Sequence record: MT747435.1
DNA length: 37,561 bases
Source of the DNA: Enterococcus phage AE4_2
Direction: 5' to 3' (one strand)
Position numbers and translations under genes: made by a program. Below the pieces are notes generated by a model that saw only the letters and a list, made by a program, of their open reading frames with translations, made no database searches and was not told the DNA's origin. Positions within the stretch are counted from its first letter, which is position 1. Each line of letters begins with the position of its first letter. Shown one piece after another: positions 1 through 8,964 of the stretch.

Positions 1-1221
1 TTATAACTCGTTTAGGGTCTTAACCAAGTCTGTTTTTTGTTTCTTGGTGACGTGCATGTATATTTTTTCAGTTGTCTCTCTGTCCTCATGTCCGACTCGA
101 TCCATAATCACTTGAATAGGTATGCTTTTTTCAGCTAACATACTTATATGAGTGTGTCTAAACACATGCGTGCTAACTTTTGTGGATGTATTAAATTCAA
201 TTTGGTGGCTAGCAATAAAACTATTAATTGTGCCTAAATCGTAAGGACGGTCATTTGACGTCACGAATAAAAAATCGGAGCATTTATTTTTTATGAAGTG
301 GTTATGATACATGCGGTCTTTTATAATTTGCACTGCAGCATCACCCAACTCAATAGTACGAAATGATTTTCTTGTTTTTGGCGGGACTTTTTGTCCTCGA
401 GTGTGACTCCGTGTTGCATGATCGTAAGTCCCGTGAATATCTAACAAAAATCCATCATGAAAGTTTTTTGATTCTAAAGCAATCAATTCACCAAAACGCA
501 TACCGGTGTGAAATTGTAGTTCGAGCATTTGCGTATAAAGCGGGTTGTATTCATTTAAAACTTGAAATATTTGTTCAGCCTCGGCTTTTTCTAAGTATCT
601 AGGTACTTGCTCATTAATAAGATCATCCACCGTTTTTGCTGGTGTTACTATTTTAGAAAGATTAATGGCATCAAGATTTTTAATGTATCTTTTCTTATAG
701 GCGAGAGTAAATGCACCACGGATAATCGCACGGAATCTTTTTATATAGGACTTTTGATATTCGAAGTCAAAAATCATACGATCATAAAATGCTTGTATAT
801 CATCAAAAGTTAAATCCTGGATTCGTTTATCTTTTTCTATTACTAAGAACTCATTTAAGAGTGAATCAATGCCATAGCTATATCCCGAGAGCGTGGAACC
901 TTTTTTACGTTCTTTTGATTTTGGATCCTGAATATAATCAAACCATTCTTTTATCATATCTTCTAACGTTTTATTATTTGGTATTACGCCCTCGTTTTTG
1001 ATTAAATTTTCTAGACGTTTCTCTTCTTCGTAGTCGGTCAGTATCTTTTGGATTTTTATTTCTAACTCACGACGTGCTGCATTCTCAGCTTGTTTTGTAT
1101 TTTTTGCTAAAGTCGTGGTGACTTTTTGTGTTTTACCGGTCCGAGGGTCGGTGTATCTTTCGCGATATTGGTATGTGATATTTCCTTTTTTATCCTTTTT
1201 CTTTTCTACCCACATATTCAA
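1..1221 (-). CDS. int: Tyrosine recombinase / phage integrase
   Basis: 406-aa minus-strand ORF. The C-terminal catalytic region has HxxR (VFRHTHISML) and a downstream Tyr (YMHV) typical of the phage integrase family. It sits at the prophage edge next to the repressor module. Confidence 0.9.
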   Translation of the reverse strand: MNMWVEKKKDKKGNITYQYRERYTDPRTGKTQKVTTTLAKNTKQAENAARRELEIKIQKILTDYEEEKRLENLIKNEGVIPNNKTLEDMIKEWFDYIQDPKSKERKKGSTLSGYSYGIDSLLNEFLVIEKDKRIQDLTFDDIQAFYDRMIFDFEYQKSYIKRFRAIIRGAFTLAYKKRYIKNLDAINLSKIVTPAKTVDDLINEQVPRYLEKAEAEQIFQVLNEYNPLYTQMLELQFHTGMRFGELIALESKNFHDGFLLDIHGTYDHATRSHTRGQKVPPKTRKSFRTIELGDAAVQIIKDRMYHNHFIKNKCSDFLFVTSNDRPYDLGTINSFIASHQIEFNTSTKVSTHVFRHTHISMLAEKSIPIQVIMDRVGHEDRETTEKIYMHVTKKQKTDLVKTLNEL

Positions 1222-1334
1222 CTCTCCTTTTATGGGAACTTATGTTCTTTTGGAGGCGTATAAAAACCTCGTAATGAGGCTTATTTTTTGATATAATAGC
1301 ATTAAATAAGCCCTTGGTTTATTTTCTGATAAGG

Positions 1335-1378
1335 TGCATCCACTAGCTTGCCGGCGGGGGATGCACTTTTTTATTTTA
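1335..1378. terminator. Stem-loop (GTGCATCC ... GGATGCAC) followed by a T-tract on the plus strand; possible bidirectional terminator between the lipoprotein gene and int
   Basis: 8-bp perfect inverted repeat at 1335-1342 and 1359-1366 with a 16-nt loop, then TTTTTTATTTT. The U-tract is on the plus-strand side and only an A-tract precedes the hairpin on the minus strand, so its function on the minus-strand operon is uncertain. Confidence 0.35.
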
Positions 1379-1901
1379 CTAACGGAATAATATTTTCATT
1401 TTTAGTTGATTTTGCTATGGTTCTGTCGTTTCCATTCGTATAAGGTGTGATGAAAGAAATAACATCGTTATCATTTTCTAATGTTTTGGCTACTTCTTCA
1501 ACATTTAATTGAATTCCGTATATGGCAGTCTTTTGTGCCTCTGTACCTGAGTTGGAATCTATCGCAGTCTGCATTTCTTCCATATTTTTTTTTGCTTCAT
1601 CATTAATTACCTTAACCGTAATGACAGCGTGAGGGTTATCTGATGTGTCATCTGTAACATTATTTTTGACATCTATTTTTACTAATTTCTCGTCAGAGTT
1701 AAATTTTTCTTCTAACTGTTTAACCGCTTGGGTTATGTTTTCTGTATTAGGCTCGTTTTCGTTACTGTCTGAAGCTTCAATAGTGCTTGACTGGGCAGCA
1801 GTTTCGGCTTTCTTTTGTGTATTATTTTTTGCGTTGCTACAGGCAGAGAGAAGAGCTGCAGAAATAAGAGCAATGCCTGCAAATTTAATCATTTTTTTCA
1901 T
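1371..1901 (-). CDS. Prophage lipoprotein (signal peptide + lipobox LSAC), candidate superinfection-exclusion protein
   Basis: The N-terminus MKKMIKFAGIALISAALLSAC has a lipobox Cys. The mature part is D/E/N/T-rich. It sits between int and the ImmA/CI genes, the same slot as Ltp-type sie lipoproteins of streptococcal phages. Start chosen at the internal ATG (1901) with RBS AAGGA 8 nt upstream; the ORF-track start is 1910. Confidence 0.75.
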   Translation of the reverse strand: MKKMIKFAGIALISAALLSACSNAKNNTQKKAETAAQSSTIEASDSNENEPNTENITQAVKQLEEKFNSDEKLVKIDVKNNVTDDTSDNPHAVITVKVINDEAKKNMEEMQTAIDSNSGTEAQKTAIYGIQLNVEEVAKTLENDNDVISFITPYTNGNDRTIAKSTKNENIIPLVK

Positions 1902-1936
1902 TTCTATCATCCTTCTTTCGATTTAATATAAATTCA

Positions 1937-2614
1937 TTATAGCGTAATTGCTTCATAAAAAGGGTTGCTGTATAAAATTTTTCTTTCTAAGTTTCGTCCT
2001 AATTCAATTGCCAAATTTTTAGAGTTGCCGTTCATTATCTTATTGGCCGTATCATAGGCGGCAACGTAAGATGCTTCAAAACTAGCCTGCATTTGCTGAA
2101 GTAATCTCATAAAAATAGCTTGTTCAGATATACCGTAACGGTTTGAGATAAAATAAGGAGGAGTTCCTTTTTTCAGCTCATTAATAAGAACAGGTTCGGG
2201 TAGTAGTATAGAAGATGCTCCAATGTTCGCTTGAAATTCTGGTAAGATATCTGCCAGTGAATAGGATAAAGTATCTTTTGTGTCGGTGAATACCTTATTT
2301 TCGCTATCTAAATGATACATGGCGTGAATAAGTTCATGAGATATCGTGAAATTTTTTCTTTTTTCGCCCATGTTAGAATTATAAGCTAGCGTAGTCTCGT
2401 AATCATCTTTAATAATCATACCTGATATAGATCTACGTGCTGTTTTTTCAAATGGAAAGGGCCTTATTTTAATTGATTTAGATGTTAATATTTCATCCCA
2501 AATATATCTATGCTCATAATTATTAACACTCATTCCCAAACATAACATATGTGCTGAAATAAATTCGTTAATGGTACCGCAAAAGTTAAGGTACTCGTCT
2601 ATTTCTACTGTCAT
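1937..2614 (-). CDS. ImmA/IrrE-family zinc metallopeptidase (COG2856-like), anti-repressor protease
   Basis: HEXXH motif (HELIHAMYH). The gene lies immediately downstream of, and co-oriented with, an XRE repressor, as in ImmR/ImmA pairs. Start refined to the ATG at 2614, preceded by RBS AAGGTGG; the track start is the GTG at 2641. Confidence 0.8.
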   Translation of the reverse strand: MTVEIDEYLNFCGTINEFISAHMLCLGMSVNNYEHRYIWDEILTSKSIKIRPFPFEKTARRSISGMIIKDDYETTLAYNSNMGEKRKNFTISHELIHAMYHLDSENKVFTDTKDTLSYSLADILPEFQANIGASSILLPEPVLINELKKGTPPYFISNRYGISEQAIFMRLLQQMQASFEASYVAAYDTANKIMNGNSKNLAIELGRNLERKILYSNPFYEAITL

Positions 2615-2633
2615 CCTGAAAACCACCTTGTAA

Positions 2634-2996
2634 TTATTCACTTAAATTTTCTTTTTTTATTTCTTCTATTCTCCATGAAAAGAAACGTTCCATCTCATCC
2701 TCTAGTTCTTTTACTTGCTTTGAAGAAAGTCCATCTGTATCCATGCGCATCATTACTTGTTTAGCCATCGATTCATTTTTCTGATTAGATGTATCTGATT
2801 TTCCTAGCAAATAGTCTATAGATACATCAAAAAGTTCTGAAATCTTTTCTAATGTATCACTAGATACATTGGTAATTACCCCTCGCTCATAGTTAGAAAT
2901 ATTTTCTCTTTTCATACCTAAAAAAGTTGCAAGTTCTTGCTGTGACATTTTTTTATTTTTTCTTAATTCCTTTAATCTCAGCGCAAATGAGGTCAT
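2634..2996 (-). CDS. XRE-family HTH repressor (CI-like, no peptidase S24 domain)
   Basis: The N-terminal HTH_XRE signature (MSQQELATFLGMKRENISNYERG) is present. RBS AAAGGAGC is followed 6 nt later by the ATG. The gene is divergent from the cro-like gene across an operator region. Confidence 0.85.
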   Translation of the reverse strand: MTSFALRLKELRKNKKMSQQELATFLGMKRENISNYERGVITNVSSDTLEKISELFDVSIDYLLGKSDTSNQKNESMAKQVMMRMDTDGLSSKQVKELEDEMERFFSWRIEEIKKENLSE

Positions 2997-3043
2997 TTTA
3001 AAGCTCCTTTATGTTATTTTTGTAAAAATAGCAAATAAACCTC

Positions 3044-3071
3044 TTGCGTAATTTTTAATTACATTATATAC
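3044..3071 (+). promoter_or_regulatory. Rightward early promoter (PR-like): -35 TTGCGT, 17-nt spacer, -10 TATACT
   Basis: Read directly: TTGCGT at 3044-3049 and TATACT at 3066-3071. The promoter overlaps operator O1. Confidence 0.55.
3048..3062. promoter_or_regulatory. Operator O1: perfect palindrome GTAATT-TTT-AATTAC
   Basis: 15-bp perfect inverted repeat in the cI-cro intergenic region. Confidence 0.6.
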
Positions 3072-3091
3072 TCATTTATGTAATTGGCAAT
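3064..3091 (-). promoter_or_regulatory. Leftward promoter for the repressor operon: -35 TTGCCA, 16-nt spacer, -10 TATAAT (minus strand)
   Basis: The reverse complement of 3064-3091 gives TTGCCA ... TATAAT. It overlaps operator O2 and is back-to-back with PR. Confidence 0.5.
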
Positions 3092-3094
3092 TAC
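3080..3094. promoter_or_regulatory. Operator O2: perfect palindrome GTAATT-GGC-AATTAC
   Basis: Second copy of the same half-sites, 32 bp from O1. Confidence 0.6.
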
Positions 3095-3121
3095 GTAAAT
3101 TAAATGAGAGGAGATGTTCAT

Positions 3122-3334
3122 ATGAATTGTACAAGAGAGTCTTTGCGAGCAGCGAGAATCAAAAAGTCATTAACTCAAAAACGTTTAGCTGAGTTAACTG
3201 GTGTTACTGAAACAACTATTCGTAATATAGAGAATGGTCGTTCCTGCCCGAGTTTCAAACTATCAATTATGTTAGCAAAATTACTTAATGTAGATTTTGA
3301 AACTTTGTGGGAATACGATTTTCGTAATTCTTAA
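3122..3334 (+). CDS. Cro-like HTH_XRE regulator
   Basis: HTH signature (LTQKRLAELTGVTETTIRNIENG). RBS GAGAGGAG is 8 nt before the ATG at 3122; the earlier ATG at 3104 lacks an RBS. Confidence 0.8.
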   Translation: MNCTRESLRAARIKKSLTQKRLAELTGVTETTIRNIENGRSCPSFKLSIMLAKLLNVDFETLWEYDFRNS

Positions 3335-3355
3335 TTCTTTTTTTTATTATAAAAC

Positions 3356-3370
3356 GTAATTCTTATTTAC
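3356..3370. promoter_or_regulatory. Operator-like site O3: GTAATT-CTT-ATTTAC (one mismatch), just downstream of cro
   Basis: Imperfect copy of the O1/O2 palindrome. A further degenerate copy overlaps the cro stop at about 3324-3337, and GGTAATTAC occurs at about 3377-3385. Confidence 0.4.
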
Positions 3371-3414
3371 GCAAGTGGTAATTACTATTTTTTTTAACAA
3401 AAGGAGCTTAGAAA

Positions 3415-3768
3415 ATGAACTATGCACACGAAATGCCCGCACTAACGGCAGAAGACATTGTTAAATCAAGACTGCATTTAATTGTCAAAGATCTATTTAA
3501 AGAAGTTTTTAAAACGAACAACAGAATTAATCGATGCAGAGAAAAAATTTCATCAAGCTCATTATGCGATGGAACAAATCGTTATTGGAAAGCACAAGAA
3601 AATCTAGATGCATCAATTCGTGAAAAAAGTTTTTTACTTCATCAACTACTGCAGTTAGATGTGTCTTATCGATGGACAGAAAAACTACATCAGGACCGTT
3701 ATTCTTTTGTTACCGATTATGTGGCTGTGCTAGTTGAACTAAACGAGTTAAAGCATGAGAGGGGGTAA
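3415..3768 (+). CDS. Hypothetical early protein (117 aa)
   Basis: ORF with RBS AAAAGGAGC 7 nt upstream of the ATG. No recognisable motif. Confidence 0.55.
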   Translation: MNYAHEMPALTAEDIVKSRLHLIVKDLFKEVFKTNNRINRCREKISSSSLCDGTNRYWKAQENLDASIREKSFLLHQLLQLDVSYRWTEKLHQDRYSFVTDYVAVLVELNELKHERG

Positions 3769-3773
3769 GGGGT

Positions 3774-4046
3774 ATGCCAAAACCAGTTAAGGTTGATCTG
3801 GAAGCTGTCGAACAGAATCCAGATCGTGCCTCAATTAAATATGGAAATAAAGCCGTAGTACAAAAAATGTACTCAATCACTAAATCCAGTTTAGAGAAAT
3901 GGCTGGCTTTAATGCAGGACACGCCGCAATTTTCGTCTGGTGTAATTCATCCAACACATAAGATTGTATTAATTGAGTTAGATGTGTTTGACGAGTTTGT
4001 TCGCTGGATGGATAAAAACCGTTACAAGAAAAGAAAGGGCGGATAG
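3774..4046 (+). CDS. Small DNA-binding protein, excisionase/MerR-like HTH (putative)
   Basis: 90-aa ORF with RBS GGGGTAAGGGG. The central segment KMYSITKSSLEKWLA resembles Xis/HTH_17-type helices. Basic C-terminus. Confidence 0.45.
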   Translation: MPKPVKVDLEAVEQNPDRASIKYGNKAVVQKMYSITKSSLEKWLALMQDTPQFSSGVIHPTHKIVLIELDVFDEFVRWMDKNRYKKRKGG

Positions 4047-4049
4047 TAC

Positions 4050-4244
4050 GTGGCTTATACGACAGAACAAGAAGCGTGGATATTATGCCAAATTCAAAAA
4101 GATCGCAAGCAAAAACAATCAGATAGGGCAGCTCTTAGAAGCGCTGATTTATTAACAGACAGAGAAGCGGAAAAAATTCAAAACGAATTAGATTTTTTAA
4201 GTCGTTTAGAAGATAAGAACCGCATGCACAGATTAATTCCGTAG
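4050..4244 (+). CDS. Hypothetical protein (64 aa, GTG start)
   Basis: ORF tightly packed after the previous gene; coiled-coil-like, charged. Confidence 0.4.
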   Translation: MAYTTEQEAWILCQIQKDRKQKQSDRAALRSADLLTDREAEKIQNELDFLSRLEDKNRMHRLIP

Positions 4245-4258
4245 GAGGTTTTACAAAA

Positions 4259-4459
4259 ATGATTATTTGCTACAAAGGCGAAGATTTAAAAGTGCAAGAG
4301 ACTTGTAGCACCTATGACAACATTTCAGTTGTGTTGTTTAAAGGGCAAAAACGAGTGTATAACCATCGAACTAATGAAATTGTCGGCGGCGATGAACGTT
4401 TGCCAGAAGCAAAAGCAATTCGAAATTTTAACGGTTCTGTGATGGTTTTAGGGAGGTGA
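4259..4459 (+). CDS. Hypothetical protein (66 aa)
   Basis: Strong RBS TAGGAGG 8 nt before the ATG. Confidence 0.55.
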   Translation: MIICYKGEDLKVQETCSTYDNISVVLFKGQKRVYNHRTNEIVGGDERLPEAKAIRNFNGSVMVLGR

Positions 4460-4464
4460 AAGCA

Positions 4465-4638
4465 ATGAAAAAAGTTTATCAATCACGTTTGGTGTTGACC
4501 TTATTTGCCGCATTTCTTTTTGGGATTATTGCAAGAGAAAGTACAAGTTTAAATGTTCTGTTACTAATTTGCGGACCTGTGGCTGCGTTGTTATGGGTAC
4601 ATCACGACGAAGTGAAATATCAAAAAGAGGTGAAATAA
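4465..4638 (+). CDS. Small membrane protein (2 predicted TM helices)
   Basis: RBS GGGAGGTGA, then ATG at 4465. Hydrophobic segments LVLTLFAAFLFGII and LLLICGPVAALLWV. Confidence 0.5.
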   Translation: MKKVYQSRLVLTLFAAFLFGIIARESTSLNVLLLICGPVAALLWVHHDEVKYQKEVK

Positions 4639-4833
4639 ATGTTAACAGCTAATGAAGCTTTTTTAGTACGTGAGGCAGTACGAGAAAAGATTGAAACGTT
4701 AAGAGAAGCAGTACGCCACGAAAGTGCAAAGCATCCGACAATGCAAGACATTCGCACGCTAAAGCATTTTCAAGCAGAGTTAGAACGTTACGAAGTTGCT
4801 TATCAAAAAATGCTCAACGAAGTGGGGTGTTAG
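4639..4833 (+). CDS. Hypothetical protein (64 aa)
   Basis: RBS GAGGTGA before the ATG; translationally coupled to the upstream ORF (stop TAA, then ATG). Confidence 0.5.
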   Translation: MLTANEAFLVREAVREKIETLREAVRHESAKHPTMQDIRTLKHFQAELERYEVAYQKMLNEVGC

Positions 4834-4944
4834 GTGATGATTGCTGTATTGAAACAAAAAGAGCCTACCTCGTCTGTCAACGAAGTAAGCTGCTAAACAA
4901 AAAAATATACAAGTAAATAATAACACGGAAAGTAGGAATTTAAA

Positions 4945-5625
4945 ATGAAAAACTATTATCACGTAAAAACACAAGAAGCATACGATAGCTTAATGGCCTT
5001 TTTGGAAACGCTAGGGTATAGCTGGGATAATGACGACGAGCCAACAGAATTTGATGCTTTTGTTATGCACAGAGAGGCAACAGTTATAGAGGTAGACGAG
5101 AAGAAAATGAAGTTAATTTATATGAATACTTATGTTTTTAAGCAACTTAATGCTGTTATCAAAGCAAACTTGATTGAATGGCCAGCAATTGCGTTAAAAG
5201 AAAAAATTGAAGTCTCAAAAGAGTTTGATGAATGGGTGCAGAAAAGTAAAAAAGCACATATTGATTATAAAAGTTGGTGTATTTGGCAAATTAATAAGAT
5301 GGGATGGAATCACTGGTTGGAAGATCCTATTACAGATGAAGAGTTGCTTACCAAGAAAGGTTTGGAATGGACGGAAGAAGTAGAAGAAAATCAAGAACTG
5401 CATACACGTGCGATTCTTGATGGTTACACAGTGAAAAAAGAACCAATGTATGAAATTCCTTTATCTTGTTTAAAAACAACGGATGGAGAAGTTCAGTATC
5501 TAAGCTATAAAGATAAAAAATGGTTTGCTAGTAGAAAACATACTTGGCTAAAACAACGTTTCACAGAAACAGAACTAAAAGAAAAAGTACCTGAATTTTA
5601 TCGGGAATTAGCAAAGGAAGTGTAA
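4945..5625 (+). CDS. Hypothetical protein (226 aa)
   Basis: Preceded by a 110-bp intergenic region and by the 20-nt translation-initiation sequence GAAAGTAGGAATTTAAAATG, which is repeated at 8093-8112. No recognisable motif. Confidence 0.6.
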   Translation: MKNYYHVKTQEAYDSLMAFLETLGYSWDNDDEPTEFDAFVMHREATVIEVDEKKMKLIYMNTYVFKQLNAVIKANLIEWPAIALKEKIEVSKEFDEWVQKSKKAHIDYKSWCIWQINKMGWNHWLEDPITDEELLTKKGLEWTEEVEENQELHTRAILDGYTVKKEPMYEIPLSCLKTTDGEVQYLSYKDKKWFASRKHTWLKQRFTETELKEKVPEFYRELAKEV

Positions 5626-5629
5626 CGCT

Positions 5630-5851
5630 TTGTTATCACCGTACAAGAAAATTAGGCGAAAAGCGGGCATGTCACAAGAAGAATTAGCGAAAAGAATGCT
5701 GCTTCCTGTGAAGCTGATAAAAGTTTATGAAAAACGTAATGTAGACCCACCGTTGCATTATCACGCCAATTTTAAAGCGATTTTCAATGTAACAGATGAA
5801 GACATTAACCAATTAAAAACAACTGGAGGAATAAAAAATGCCAAAAATTAA
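5630..5851 (+). CDS. Small HTH (XRE-like) protein
   Basis: TTG start 6 nt after RBS AAAGGAAGTG. Segment MSQEELAKRMLLPVKLIKVYE is HTH_XRE-like. Confidence 0.5.
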   Translation: MLSPYKKIRRKAGMSQEELAKRMLLPVKLIKVYEKRNVDPPLHYHANFKAIFNVTDEDINQLKTTGGIKNAKN

Positions 5852-6317
5852 CTTAGCAATTGAAGCAGATTCAGCAACAGAAATGAAAGAAATTTTATCT
5901 CAATTAGCAACGGGAAGCGTTGTAGAAGTAACACAATCTTTAAATACAGCTAATAAAAAAGCTACAGAAGAAGTAGAAAAAGCAGCGAAGAAAGAACCTG
6001 CAAAAAAGAAAAAGGCGACTGCGAAGAAAAAAGAAGAAGTTTCTACGGCCTCAACCTCAGACACCGAACCATCGAAAACTGGGGAGAAAGTCGTGCCTAC
6101 TGATTCAGAAACAGAAGAGGTATCAGCAACAGCCGATTTACATCCAGGGGCAACAAAAGCAGATGTACAAGCAGCAATGAAAAAAGCAATGGCAAACGGC
6201 AATCGTGATCGGATTAAAATGTGCTTTGGCCGTTACAACGCAGAAAAACTTTCAGACTTGAAAGAAGAACATTACGGCAAATTTATCACTGACTTAGAAA
6301 CGTTGGTAGGTGAATAA
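5838..6317 (+). CDS. Lysine/glutamate-rich protein with low-complexity linker (159 aa)
   Basis: RBS ACTGGAGGAA. Central AKKKKATAKKKEE low-complexity region flanked by short structured ends. Confidence 0.55.
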   Translation: MPKINLAIEADSATEMKEILSQLATGSVVEVTQSLNTANKKATEEVEKAAKKEPAKKKKATAKKKEEVSTASTSDTEPSKTGEKVVPTDSETEEVSATADLHPGATKADVQAAMKKAMANGNRDRIKMCFGRYNAEKLSDLKEEHYGKFITDLETLVGE

Positions 6318-6319
6318 GC

Positions 6320-7492
6320 ATGCCAGTAGGAAGTCACGCTTTATTAGGAGCGAGTAGTGCGCATCGGTGGCTAATATGCCCACCTTTGGCACGACTGGAA
6401 GAAAAAGTAAAAGATCGCGGCAGCTCTTATGCGGAGGAGGGAACAACTGCGCATGAATTAGCAGAGTTGTATTTGGCGAAGCGGTTTAAGCTATTAACCG
6501 CCAGAGCGGTAAACTCTCGATTGAAATTTTTTGAACAAGACCATCCGTATTGTGATGAATCCATGAAAGAATACGTCACTGCCTATTGCGATTTAGTAGA
6601 AGAACGTGTCAATCAATACGATAATGCCACAGTCGAATTAGAACAAAAAGTAGATTTTTCTAAGTGGGTCCCAGAAGGGTTTGGAACTTCGGACGTGGTG
6701 GTCTTATCAGATAAGACGATTGAAATTATCGACTTAAAATACGGCAAAGGCGTTCCTGTTGATGCGTATTTAAATCCTCAACTGATGTTATACGCGCTTG
6801 GTGCGGTGGATAAGTACGACATCATTTACGAATTTGAAACCGTGCGAATGACGATTATTCAACCTCGTTTAGACAATATTTCGACCTTTGAAATTGAAAA
6901 AGAAGAATTATTATACTGGGCTGATAATTACGTGGCGCCTCGAGCAGTGCAGGCTTGGGAAGGTACAGGAGAATGGACGATTACAGACGACGTTGTGAAG
7001 TTTTCAAAAGTTCGTGCCCAACTACGGCCACGTGCGGAGAGAAATTTTCAGCTGATTGATAAGCACGAACTGAAAGAAGCACCGCTTTTAACCAATGAGG
7101 AAATTGCTGAAATTTTAGAACGTGCACCAGAAATTAAGAAATGGTTGGAGCATGTGGAAACCTACGCTTTACAGAAAGCAAGGGACGAAGGCGAAGAGTT
7201 CCCTGGTTGGAAAGTAGTCGCTGAACGAAGTAATCGGAAAATTTCAGATAATGAAGGGCTACTGATGGTTTTAGAAGCCGAAGGATTTGAAGATGAAGAT
7301 ATTTTAAAACCGCAGGAACTGAAAGCCATTGGGCAATTAGAAAAAGTTGTCGGCAAGAAAAAATTTGCGGAATTAGCTGCAGACTTCATCATCAAACCAG
7401 AAGGAAAGCCAGTTCTTGTTCCTGAAAGTGACAAGCGACCAGCGTTAAACAGCGTAGAAAATGCGTTTAATGATTTTGAAGGGGTGGAGTAA
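6320..7492 (+). CDS. PD-(D/E)xK-superfamily nuclease, DUF2800-like (Cas4/RecB-type fold)
   Basis: The N-terminal SHALLGASSAHRWLICPP signature is typical of DUF2800 phage proteins. IIDLKYGKG is an (D/E)xK-like motif. It lies upstream of a DUF2815-like SSB-type gene, as in the conserved Firmicute phage replication module. Confidence 0.65.
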   Translation: MPVGSHALLGASSAHRWLICPPLARLEEKVKDRGSSYAEEGTTAHELAELYLAKRFKLLTARAVNSRLKFFEQDHPYCDESMKEYVTAYCDLVEERVNQYDNATVELEQKVDFSKWVPEGFGTSDVVVLSDKTIEIIDLKYGKGVPVDAYLNPQLMLYALGAVDKYDIIYEFETVRMTIIQPRLDNISTFEIEKEELLYWADNYVAPRAVQAWEGTGEWTITDDVVKFSKVRAQLRPRAERNFQLIDKHELKEAPLLTNEEIAEILERAPEIKKWLEHVETYALQKARDEGEEFPGWKVVAERSNRKISDNEGLLMVLEAEGFEDEDILKPQELKAIGQLEKVVGKKKFAELAADFIIKPEGKPVLVPESDKRPALNSVENAFNDFEGVE

Positions 7493-7497
7493 AGGCT

Positions 7498-7740
7498 ATG
7501 AAAAAAATTGACACACAAGAGGCAATATCTTCAACTCTAAAAAAGGGAATGGAGAAAGCGGAGCATTCAGGAATTAACGTATCTGAGGATGAATTTACTG
7601 TTATACAGCCTTTTGATGATTTAAATGCGGTTATTGTTACCGTTGAAAACAGCGCAGGAAATCGCCCTGTAAATATTAAGGTGACAGATACGGTGGTTAT
7701 CTTAGAACGTCAAGAAGGTACTTTGGATGTATTTAAGTAG
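7498..7740 (+). CDS. Hypothetical protein (80 aa)
   Basis: ORF with RBS GGGGTGGAG upstream of the ATG. Confidence 0.45.
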   Translation: MKKIDTQEAISSTLKKGMEKAEHSGINVSEDEFTVIQPFDDLNAVIVTVENSAGNRPVNIKVTDTVVILERQEGTLDVFK

Positions 7741-7755
7741 GAGGTGGGGGATAAA

Positions 7756-8085
7756 ATGCCTCAAAAATCATGTAAAGAAAAGCCTGTAATTTTTAGCGGT
7801 AAAGGTTATTACATCACAAGAGAAGATACACGCAATGTTGGGCTTTATGTATTCAGTGAGAATAAAGTGTTATTTAAAGGATATTTTAACACGATTGAAG
7901 CGGCGTTATCGTCGTTAGTTACTAACTCATTGCTTGTAGATGAAACGTGGACAATGAACCTAAAAACCTATAAAGAATCTATTTTAGAGATGAAAGAACA
8001 AATCATCTCGGACATTAAACAGTATTTTACAGATCAAGCTTCTAATTCGTTAGATGATTTAGAAGAAGACGAATTATTCAACTAA
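7756..8085 (+). CDS. Hypothetical protein (about 110 aa)
   Basis: RBS GGAGGTGGGGG, then ATG at 7756; the track start is the GTG at 7744. Confidence 0.5.
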   Translation: MPQKSCKEKPVIFSGKGYYITREDTRNVGLYVFSENKVLFKGYFNTIEAALSSLVTNSLLVDETWTMNLKTYKESILEMKEQIISDIKQYFTDQASNSLDDLEEDELFN

Positions 8086-8102
8086 AAAATATAAGAAAGT
8101 AG

Positions 8103-8687
<585 letters not shown>

Positions 8688-8698
8688 AAATTGAATAA

Positions 8699-8723
8699 GG
8701 GGCTAAAGTGCCCCTTTTCTTTT
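8699..8723 (+). terminator. Rho-independent terminator (GGGGC-TAAAGT-GCCCC + TTTTCTTTT)
   Basis: Perfect 5-bp GC stem, 6-nt loop, U-tract; read directly. Confidence 0.7.
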
Positions 8724-8739
8724 GAAAGGAGAAATTGAA

Positions 8740-8964
8740 ATGAGTAAACAACCAATTTATTTACCTATTGAGTTGCACGATGTTTTTGAGCTAATTGAAG
8801 AGGGAAAATCAAATATGATTTATTTCTCTACAGTTAAAGGTTCACTTGTTCAGGCAAACGAGTATTCACTTAGACTGTCTGAACTACCGAATATAGCATT
8901 TTACGTTAAACAAGAATATACACCAGTAGAAGATCAGGAGGTAGGAAAAAATGAAACCAACTAA
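8740..8964 (+). CDS. Hypothetical protein (74 aa)
   Basis: RBS GAAAGGAGAAA, then ATG at 8740. Confidence 0.5.
   Translation: MSKQPIYLPIELHDVFELIEEGKSNMIYFSTVKGSLVQANEYSLRLSELPNIAFYVKQEYTPVEDQEVGKNETN

Noticed and set aside
363..1001. Three plus-strand ORFs (79, 68 and 70 aa) overlapping the integrase gene
   Set aside because: They are antisense to a well-supported 406-aa integrase ORF. Their translations are low-complexity with no SDs. They are chance ORFs in AT-rich DNA.
5900..6202. 100-aa minus-strand ORF opposite the lysine-rich gene
   Set aside because: Antisense reading of an AAG/GAA-rich stretch gives an F/S/A-rich artefact with no start context.
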